From NCBI GenBank assembly GCA_950097015.1, contig CATNEN010000038.1:21638001-21702000 (forward strand): DNA of 64,000 bases, given 5' to 3'. Shown in pieces: positions 53,884 to 64,000 of this stretch. Source of the DNA: Macrostomum hystrix. Taxonomy: Eukaryota > Animalia > Platyhelminthes. A model generated the notes under the pieces. It did not search any database, had not been told where the DNA came from, and was given only the letters and a program-made list of their open reading frames with translations. Made by a program: the position numbers and the translations under genes. The first letter of the stretch is position 1. Each line of letters begins with the position of its first letter.

Positions 53884-54854
53884 TAATGTCCAGATCAATG
53901 AGGCGGAGGCGAGTAAAGTGGCGGTACGAACATGACCCTAAAGCCCTAAAGCGATTAAGCATTAAGCAGTGTATTTTTGGACGAAGAAATAAAACGACCG
54001 GAGGTAAAAGCAAAAAGAAGAAAGCAAAAAATTTGACAATTGAGCAGCAGCCACACCCTCTTACGCTGAGAGAGTTGTCATATAAAACTACGTGGTAGGC
54101 ACGTGCCCCGGGAATTAGGGGTGGTGGTGATAGTGCAATTCTAATAAAGTCAAGCTCCTAGCAGGTTAATGCTTTAGAAAAATAATAACAATTTCCTGCA
54201 CTATTGATTGAGTTTGAGCCTGACGTATGCCACTCACACGCACAAAAGATACTTACTTGAATCGGAGAGTGAAGTGACATATTTATGGTAACCACACTTT
54301 GGTCGTTCCTGTCCAATGGCTAAGATTTATAATCCCTTTTGTACTTAAAAAAGTTTTCTAGAACATTTAAGACAGACCTGATATCAGCTTAACTGAGTAA
54401 GGTAGAATAAATACGAGTTTAGGTAGTTTAGGTAGGCCAATAGTTTAGTCTCAGAGCTTGGCTACACCAGACAAAATCTTTAACATTCTCTTTTTTAGCA
54501 CATTGCATATAGGAGCAGCTCCACACGCGCCATTTCCGGCCATGAAATGCGGCAAAAACACAGGGGGGAGACAGAGAGTAGGTAGCGCAGGGCACAATAG
54601 ACCGGGGCGATCGTTGGAGCGCGACGGGATGGGATTAGGGGAATGGAATCTGTGCCGATATTTTTCCCACCGAGTATGGAAAAGATTGATGAGAGTCAGG
54701 AGGGGCGGAAGGAAGCTCACGCAGGCCTGGGTCCGTGGAAACGGAAATTATAAGTGAGAGAGCGCGCTACGGGGAGAAGTTGAGGATACGGGATTTGGGG
54801 ATTAGGGCTCAGAAGGCGACAAGAGACAGTGTACGATGGCCAGGTTGAAGAGGA

Positions 54855-54969
54855 AGATAGATAGATAGATAGATAGATAGGTAGATAGATAGGTAGATAG
54901 GTAGATAGATAGATAGATAGGTAGATAGATAGATAGATAGGTAGATAGATAGATAGATAGATAGGTAGG

Positions 54970-55028
<59 letters not shown>

Positions 55029-55121
55029 GTAGATAGATAGATAGATAGATAGGTAGATAGGTAGATAGATAGATAGACAGATAGATAGATAGATAGATAG
55101 ATAGATAGGTAGGTAGATAGG

Positions 55122-55185
<64 letters not shown>

Positions 55186-55229
55186 CAGATAGATAGATAG
55201 ATAGATAGATAGATAGGTAGGTAGATAGG

Positions 55230-55306
<77 letters not shown>

Positions 55307-55330
55307 CGATAGATACTCGTAGATAGATAA
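54855..55330. repeat. (GATA)n microsatellite
   Basis: Tetranucleotide tandem repeat. Confidence 0.97.
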
Positions 55331-55719
55331 AAAAAATCATGCACTTTTGCTCCAGGTCTTGGTCATTCTGCTCCGGGTTTGTCAACTGGAATCAGTTCAA
55401 CATAGCGTTCTGCTACATTGCACATCTCAATCTTTAAGAGATAAGAGATTTCAGAATTTCTAAATCGAAAGCCCCCTGATACTCGCTGCCGGCTGGTGTG
55501 TCACTAACAGCCTTTGGTTAGACTCTAAAGTGAATTTTAAATGTGACGGGCACTCTTTTCAAAATTAAAGAATTCCGTCAGTTCTCGTTTAAAGCCTGAA
55601 TCGCAGTCCGACTCACAAGATCGCAAAATTGTTCTTTTGCGATTCGAATTCAACTTCCTTCCCTTCATGGGATATAAGACGGACTGGGGTTGTCACTGTA
55701 GACTTCATGGAAACTAGTG

Positions 55720-56675
55720 AGATGGAGACAGCAGAGAAGTGAGAAGGAGACAGGTGAGAAGGGACAGGTGTGAGAATGAGACAGCAGAGAAGGGACATGT
55801 GAGAAGGAGACAGGTGTGAGAAGGAGACAAGTGAGAAGGAGACAGGTGTGAGAAGGAGACAAGTGAGAAGGAGACAGGTGAGAAGGAGACAGGTGAGAAG
55901 AAGACAGGTGAGAAGGAGACAGGTGAGAAGGAGACAAGTGAGAAGGAGACAGGTGAGAAGGAGACAGGTGAGAAGAAGACAGGTGAGAAGGAGACAGGTG
56001 AGAAGAAGACAGGTGAGAAGGAGACAAATGAGAAGGAGACAGGTGAAAGGAGACAAGTGAGAAGGAGACAGGTGAAAGGAGACAAGTGAGAAGGAGACAG
56101 GTGTGACAAGAAGACAGGTAGGAAGAAGACAGGTGAGAAGAAGACAGGTGAGAATGAGACAGGTGAGAACGAGAATGGTGAGAAGGAGACAGGTGTGAGA
56201 AGAAGACAGGTGAGAAGGAGAATGGTGAGAACGAGACAGGTGTGCGAAGAAGACAGGTGAGAAGGAGAATGGTGAGAAGGAGACAGGTGTGAGAATGAGA
56301 CAGCAGAGAAGTGGACATGTGAGAAGGAGACAGGTGTGAGAAGGAGACAAGTGAGAAGGAGACAGGTGTGAGAAGGAGACAGGGGAGAAGGAGACAGGTG
56401 AGAAGGAGACAAGTGAGAAGGAGACAGGTGAGAAGGAGACAACTGAGAAGGAGACAAGTGAGAAGGAGACAGGTGAGAAGGAGACAGGTGAGAAGGAGAC
56501 AGGTGTGAGAAGGAGACAGTTGAGAAGGAGACAGGTGAGAAGGAGACAGATGAGAAGGAGACAGGTGAGAAGGGACAGGTGTGAGAAGGAGACAGGTGAG
56601 AAGGAGACAGGTGAGGAGACAGGTGAGAAGGAGACAGGTGAGAAGGAGACAGGTGAGAAGGAGACAGGTGAGAAG
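55720..56675. repeat. 15-bp minisatellite (gagaaggagacaggt)
   Basis: Tandem repeat. Confidence 0.95.
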
Positions 56676-57479
56676 CACTCAAGCTGCATGCTAAGTGTAT
56701 TCATAAAGCTAGTTTTGAGCTGAATTACTCATGAAAAGAACCTCATTACGTGCAGACAGTAAATAAGGAGAGGGCAATAGCTTAGAGTGTTACACTTGCA
56801 GCTAACAGGAAGCTTTTAAAGCTTACTATTGTCCTCCTAACCGGAGTTTTCCTATCGACCTGAAAAAAAAGTACGACTAAGGGAAAGTTGAGTTTAGGCA
56901 ATTATTGGATTTAACAAATATCAAGGTCATGAGCTCGAATCCGCGACTCAGGGACTTTGTTGCTTCTTTCAATGAGCAATTCTAAACGATTTAGGAATGA
57001 TTTATCACTCGGTTAGATAAGAAGACTGTCACGAGAAGACATCTTTCGCGTGGTGATTAGCATCGTCTTTTTTGGGACAGCGAGAGGAACTAGACTAGAG
57101 GAATATTAAATTTCTCAGCTGAACTCGAAAAGATGACACGCTGCCATTGCCGAGTCTCTGCCTATAAGAAGCCATCGCGGGGGAGGCAGATAGAGACGGT
57201 GTCGAATAGTGTCAAAATGCTACCGAGGGGGCATGCAGGCACGCCATCATCATTATTTTCTAATTTCACGCCCGCTGTGGAGACAGGAATATGATATTAT
57301 TTTTTTTATGAAATCATAGTATTATTGGAGCATTTCTAGCTTAAAATATAATTAGTCGATACCCGCTATACATAATCGGGTTTAGTCATTGGGTGTGCAA
57401 TGCTCAGAGCGGGGCAAGGACTCAATAGTAAATTGCAAAATACTCAAATTATTCGCTATTTCATGCCATAATGAGGAGA

Positions 57480-57950
57480 AGGGGGAGAAGGTTAGAGTGA
57501 GACAGAGAGGTAGAGTGAGGTAGGTAGAGTGAGAGAGGTAGAGTCGGACAGTGAGGTAGAGTGAGGTAGGTAGAATGAGGTAGGTAGAGTGAGAGAGGTA
57601 GAGTGAGAGAGGTAAAGTGATAGAGGTAGAGTCGGACAGTGAGGCAGAGTGAGAGAGGTAGAGTGAGAGAGGTAGAGTGTGAGAGGTAGAGTCGGACAGT
57701 GAGGTAGAGTGAGAGAGGTAGAGTCGGACAGTGAGGTAGAGTGAAAGAGGTAGAGTGAGAGAGGTAGAGTCGGACAGTGAGTCAGAGTGAGAGAGGTAGA
57801 GTCGGACAGTGAGGTAGAGTGTGAGAGGTAGAGTCGGACAGTGAGTCAGAGTGAGAGAGGTAGAGTCGGACAGAGAGGTAGAGTGTGAGAGGTAGAGTAA
57901 GAGAGGTAGAGTGAGAGAGTTAGAGTGAGAGAAGATTAGACAGGGAGACA
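57480..57950. repeat. Purine-rich degenerate repeat (ggtagagtgagaga / gtcggacagt)
   Basis: Tandem repeat. Confidence 0.88.
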
Positions 57951-58466
57951 GTTTGATGGACATCAGTGAGAAGAGAGAGAGTTATGAGTGATAAATTGAT
58001 GACATTTAGTGACTTATATGACACTACTGTATAGATTACCCAAGCAACTAAAGTGTGATTTGAGCAATGGAGCTATGTACTAGAAGATTGTTGTTAAAGA
58101 GATCCGTTTGCACTCTTATGCATACTGTAATTATCGTACTGATTTTTCCCATGAGCATTATTAAAGTGTGTCCAAAAGGCATTGTAATTTTCATGCGAAT
58201 TTTTTATTAACTTTCTTGCTGTTCGCGAAGACTAAAAGCCGACAACAAAACCCTGTAGGAATACTCGAGATGAAGATTAAATTGCTAAATAGCGGTATGA
58301 ACGGATAAAAATGACATTAACAAAGCGATAGATAGTGGCAAAAACTGAATATTTAATTGATAGGTAGGAGAATAGATAAGAAGAGGGTGAGATCGGATTT
58401 GACTCGTTCTAGATTGAGTGAGAATAGATTAGTAGAGGGTGAGATGAGATTTGACGTGTTCTAGAG

Positions 58467-58775
58467 TTATAAAAATTAATAATTGATTACACCTGACCCA
58501 ATTGGGCCAGATGTGCAGCCGACAGCACAGCCGCAGCTAATGCGCGGCGCATCTGAAGGCTGCGTACAGCTGTTCAGTGCATGGACTGGGGGGACGCCAC
58601 ACCCACCTTCAATTATCCCAGCTGTTGCTGGAACCCATTTAACAGCTGGGTGAACTGAAGCAATGCAGAGTTAAGTGTCTTGCTTGAGGACACAAATTGT
58701 TCCAGTGGAGTCGGGAATCGAACCCCTGACCTTCAAGTCGTGATTCCGACGCTCTAACCACTAGGCTACAACCTC
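58467..58775 (-). mobile_element. Near full-length tRNA-derived SINE family A (CORE-like)
   Basis: Minus strand has A-box tagcctagtgg, B-box ggttcgattcc, CORE-like caagcaagacacttaactctgcattgcttcagttcacccagctgttaaatggg and an AT-rich tail. Further fragments at about 36340-36430, 37050-37120 and 38020-38090. Confidence 0.85.
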
Positions 58776-58784
58776 TTCTTGAAA

Positions 58785-59500
58785 TAGAGTGAGAATATAT
58801 TAGGAGAGGATGAGATGAGATTTGACGTGTTCTAGAGTGAGAATAGATTAGGAGAGGGTGAGATGAGATTTGACGTGTTCTAGAGTGAGAATAGATTAGG
58901 AGAGGGTGAGATGAGATTTGACGTGTTCTAGAGTGAGAATAGATTAGGAGAGGGTGAGATGAGATTTGACGTGTTCTAGAGTGAGAATAGATTAGGAGAG
59001 GGTGAGATGAGATTTGACGTGTTCTAGAGTGAGAATAGATTAGGAGAGGGTGAGATGAGATTTGACGTGTTCTAGAGTGAGAATAGATTAGGAGAGGGTG
59101 AGATGAGATTTGACGTGTTCTAGAGTGAGAATAGATTAGGAGAGGGTGAAATGAGATTTGACGTGTTCTAGAGTGAGAATAGATTAGGAGAGGGTGAGAT
59201 GAGATTTGACGTGTTCTAGAGTGAGAATAGATTAGGAGAGGGTGAGATGAGATTTGACGTGTTCTAGAGTGAGAATAGATTAGGAGAGGGTGAGATGAGA
59301 TTTGACGTGTTCTAGAGTGAGAATAGATTAGGAGAGGGTGAGATGAGATTTGACGTGTTCTAGAGTGAGAATAGATTAGGAGAGGGTGAGATGAGATTTG
59401 ACGTGTTCTAGAGTGAGAATAGATTAGGAGAGGGTGAAATGAGATTTGACGTGTTCTAGAGTGAGAATAGATTAGGAGAGGGTGAGATGAGATTTGAGAT
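58785..59500. repeat. 48-bp minisatellite (gagtgagaatagattaggagagggtgagatgagatttgacgtgttcta)
   Basis: Nearly perfect tandem copies; two degenerate units lie at 58365-58466 on the other side of the SINE. Confidence 0.97.
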
Positions 59501-60499
59501 GCTTATCGGATCTTTAAAGACTGGCGAAATTCAATTGGCAGCTTCTCAAATTTCAGCAGAGAGGAATTCCTAGACTCAAATTGATTCGCTTTTTATCTGC
59601 TGTAGATCGCTCATTTCATCAGATGAAATGAAGTGATCAGTTGATAATGACATCTGGGTTGATAGCCGAAGTGTGCAAGGAATTTTTTATCAGGCATATG
59701 CAATTCGCTTCAGATAATATGTATTAGGTTACTATACTAGGCTGTCATCAAGCTATCATGATTAACTAATGACCTATGACTTGTCATATCTTGTGTTTAT
59801 TGAAAAATCAACACATTAATTCGAGTGTATATTTAGATATCTATATGCTTCGACAAATAACTAAAAACACTGACTGACATTTGGGATTATAATTTAAAGT
59901 TTAACAAGTTTAACAAAGAGTTAAACAAAGTTAAACGAAGTTAAAATACATTTTCCTAGAATAAACCAAATTATTCGAAAAAACGCCAAATAAAAAAATT
60001 CGTCTACTTTCCAGAGTTCACAGAAATTATTATTTCAAAACTTTACCTAATATAGTCGAAGATTTCATCGAATAATTTAGAATTTACCGCTTTTATTTAA
60101 GTATTCGCTGACATTTCTTAGAATTACTTACATTTTCTAAGAATTTGCTAAATTTTCCAAGAATTCACCAACTATCAAAGATTAAGAAAAAATATTTCCA
60201 AGATTTGTTAACTTAGAGGATGCCTAAACAAGTTGCTGTAAACAAAATATTAAATCAGGACCTCAGCATAGAGACTGGCTTACAAACAGAAAGGGACAGG
60301 ACTTGCGTGACAAGTGGAAAAATTCTGAGCCTGGATTGAAGCTGGATCACATGCTATTTGTTGTAGAGAGGAAAATAGACTGAATGAGTGGGTTAGCTAG
60401 ATGGACTTGAAGTTGGCTCAACTTTTAATTCACGGAAACTGCGGGACCTACTTGGAGTGGACATGCAATTTTCAGGTTTTGAAGTAAAAGCGCGATTGA

Positions 60500-60770
<271 letters not shown>

Positions 60771-61159
60771 GCAATAGGTTATTATACTTACCTAATCAAC
60801 CGCCTAGCCGAAATATATATGTTCGCCTCTCGACAATATTTAGCAGGATAGCTTGACAAATTTCAGTCTTTTAGACAGGCAGAAAGAAGTGGGAGATTTC
60901 TTCTTGACTACTTCACCATTATCTATTTGCAGTGGTTGACTTTTTTCCTTTAGTCAGTCAGTCAGATTTCATTGGCTCTCAGGATTCGCACACTGACCTC
61001 GATAGTCTATGGGAGCCAATGAGAGTCAATGTATGAACTGTTCTATAGAAGAAGGATTGAGAGTGTCTCAAATCACAGAGATTGTATCACAGGATACAAA
61101 ATTGAAGGCCTGAAAAAGAGGGGAGGGAGAGATAGACACAGTAGTAAGAAATATAAAAA

Positions 61160-64000
61160 GGCCTGAGAAAGAGAGAGGCATGAGAAAGAGAGAGACATGA
61201 GAAAGAAAGAGACATGAGAAAGAGAGAGAGTGACATGAGAAAGAGAGAGACATGAGAAAGAGAGAGTGACATGAGAAAGAGAGAGGCATGAGAAAGAGAG
61301 AGTGACATGAGAAAGAGAGAGGCATGAGAAAGAGAGAGAGTGACATGAGAAAGAGAGAGGCATGAGAAAGAGAGAGGCATGAGAGAGAGAGAGTGACATG
61401 AGAAAGAGAGAGGCATGAGAAAGAGAGAGAGAGTGACATGAGAAAGAGAGAGGCATGAGAGAGAGTGACATGAGAAAGAGAGAGACATGAGAAAGAGAGA
61501 GTGACATGAGAAAGAGAGAGGCATGAGAAAGAGAGAGTGACATGAGAAAGAGAGAGGCATGAGAGAGAGAGAGAGTGACATGAGAAAGAGAGAGGCATGA
61601 GAGAGAGAGAGTGACATGAGAAAGAGAGAGGCATGAGAGAGAGAGAGTGACATGAGAAAGAGAGAGGCATGAGAAAGAGAGAGAGAGTGACATGAGAAAG
61701 AGAGAGGCATGAGAAAGAGAGAGCCATGAGAAAGAGAGAGTGACATGAGAGAGAGAGCCATGAGAAAGAGAGAGGCAAGAGAAAGAGAGAGACATGAGAA
61801 AGAGAGAGTGACATGAGAAAGAGAGAGGCATGAGAAAGAGAGAGTGACATGAGAAAGAGAGAGGCATGAGAGAGAGAGTGACATGAGAAAGAGAGAGGCA
61901 TGAGAGAGAGAGAGTGACATGAGAAAGAGAGAGGCATGAGAGAGAGAGAGTGACATGAGAAAGAGAGAGGCATGAGAAAGAGAGAGAGAGTGACATGAGA
62001 AAGAGAGAGGCATGAGAAAGAGAGAGGCATGAGAGAGAGAGAGTGACATGAGAAAGAGAGAGGCATGAGAGAGAGAGAGTGACATGAGAAAGAGAGAGGC
62101 ATGAGAGAGAGAGAGTGACATGAGAAAGAGAGAGACATGAGAAAGAGAGAGTGACATGAGAAAGAGAGAGGCATGAGAAAGAGAGAGTGACATGAGAAAG
62201 AGAGAGGCATGAGAGAGAGAGTGACATGAGAAAGAGAGAGGCATGAGAAAGAGAGAGAGAGTGACATGAGAAAGAGAGAGGCATGAGAAAGAGAGAGGCA
62301 TGAGAGAGAGAGAGGGTGACATGAGAAAGAGAGAGGCATGAGAAAGAGAGAGGCATGAGAGAGAGAGAGTGACATGAGAAAGAGAGAGGCATGAGAAAGA
62401 GAGAGAGAGTGACATGAGAAAGAGAGAGGCATGAGAAAGAGAGAGGCAAGAGAAAGAGAGAGACATGAGAAAGAGAGAGTGACATGAGAAAGAGAGAGGC
62501 ATGAGAAAGAGAGAGTGACATGAGAAAGAGAGAGGCATGAGAGAGAGAGAGTGACATGAGAAAGAGAGAGGCATGAGAGAGAGAGAGTGACATGAGAAAG
62601 AGAGAGGCATGAGAGAGAGAGAGTGACATGAGAAAGAGAGAGGCATGAGAAAGAGAGAGAGAGTGACATGAGAAAGAGAGAGGCATGAGAAAGAGAGAGG
62701 CATGAGAAAGAGAGAGTGACATGAGAAAGAGAGAGGCATGAGAAAGAGAGAGTGACATGAGAAAGAGAGAGGCATGAGAAAGAGAGAGAGTGACATGAGA
62801 AAGAGAGAGGCATGAGAAAGAGAGAGGCATGAGAGAGAGAGAGTGACATGAGAAAGAGAGAGGCATGAGAAAGAGAGAGAGAGTGACATGAGAAAGAGAG
62901 AGGCATGAGAAAGAGAGAGGCATGAGAGAGAGAGAGTGACATGAGAAAGAGAGAGGCATGAGAAAGAGAGAGGCAAGAGAAAGAGAGAGACATGAGAAAG
63001 AGAGAGTGACATGAGAAAGAGAGAGGCATGAGAAAGAGAGAGTGACATGAGAAAGAGAGAGGCATGAGAGAGAGAGTGACATGAGAAAGAGAGAGGCATG
63101 AGAGAGAGAGAGTGACATGAGAAAGAGAGAGGCATGAGAGAGAGAGTGACATGAGAAAGAGAGAGGCATGAGAAAGAGAGAGAGAGTGACATGAGAAAGA
63201 GAGAGGCATGAGAAAGAGAGAGGCATGAGAGAGAGAGAGTGACATGAGAAAGAGAGAGGCATGAGAGAGAGAGAGTGACATGAGAAAGAGAGAGGCATGA
63301 GAGAGAGAGAGTGACATGAGAAAGAGAGAGACATGAGAAAGAGAGAGTGACATGAGAAAGAGAGAGGCATGAGAAAGAGAGAGTGACATGAGAAAGAGAG
63401 AGGCATGAGAGAGAGAGTGACATGAGAAAGAGAGAGGCATGAGAAAGAGAGAGAGAGTGACATGAGAAAGAGAGAGGCATGAGAAAGAGAGAGGCATGAG
63501 AGAGAGAGAGTGACATGAGAAAGAGAGAGGCATGAGAGAGAGAGTGACATGAGAAAGAGAGAGGCATGAGAGAGAGTGACATGAGAAAGAGAGAGACATG
63601 AGAAAGAGAGAGTGACATGAGAAAGAGAGAGGCATGAGAAAGAGAGAGTGACATGAGAAAGAGAGAGGCATGAGAGAGAGAGAGAGTGACATGAGAAAGA
63701 GAGAGGCATGAGAGAGAGAGAGTGACATGAGAAAGAGAGAGGCATGAGAGAGAGAGAGTGACATGAGAAAGAGAGAGGCATGAGAAAGAGAGAGAGAGTG
63801 ACATGAGAAAGAGAGAGGCATGAGAAAGAGAGAGCCATGAGAAAGAGAGAGTGACATGAGAGAGAGAGCCATGAGAAAGAGAGAGTGACATGAGAGAGAG
63901 TGACATGAGAAAGAGAGAGTGATATGAGAGAGTGACATGAGAAAGAGAGAAATAAAGAAAGGCCTGAGAAAGAGAGTGACATGAGAAAGAGAGAGGCATG
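61160..64000. repeat. Purine-rich satellite (catgagaaagagagagg / agtgacatg), runs off the window
   Basis: Tandem repeat; source of the spurious 950-970 aa minus-strand ORFs. Confidence 0.97.

Noticed and set aside
58785-59500. CRISPR-like regular repeats here and elsewhere in the window
   Set aside because: No unique spacers, no cas genes, eukaryotic context
61068-63999. Three minus-strand ORFs of about 960 aa
   Set aside because: Purine-rich satellite lacking stops in all three frames

Overview
Eukaryotic (animal) genomic DNA, very rich in minisatellites. Intron style, tRNA-derived SINEs and repeat content resemble a free-living flatworm such as Macrostomum (inference). Four spliced genes could be reconstructed by hand with consistent splice phases: (1) the 3' two-thirds of an ABCC1/MRP1-type ABC exporter (+, 693-13451); (2) a highly divergent SLC9/NHE-like Na+/H+ exchanger that lacks the catalytic ND motif (-, 31372-19347); (3) an otopetrin proton channel (+, 33439-39467), head-to-head with the NHE-like gene; (4) a sex-peptide/MIP-receptor-like GPCR (-, 43022-41326). 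The main discovery lies in the ABCC gene: a tandem cluster of four homologous, phase-1/phase-0, 3n+2-length mutually exclusive exons encoding the TM13-TM15 part of TMD2. The flanking introns contain what looks like a two-tier docking-site/selector system of competing long-range RNA pairings (docking A 9622-9697, docking B 10750-10787). All pairings were found by eye and have not been tested computationally. Almost all long ORFs in the supplied track outside these genes are tandem-repeat artefacts. From 43.3 to 64 kb there is no convincing coding exon.
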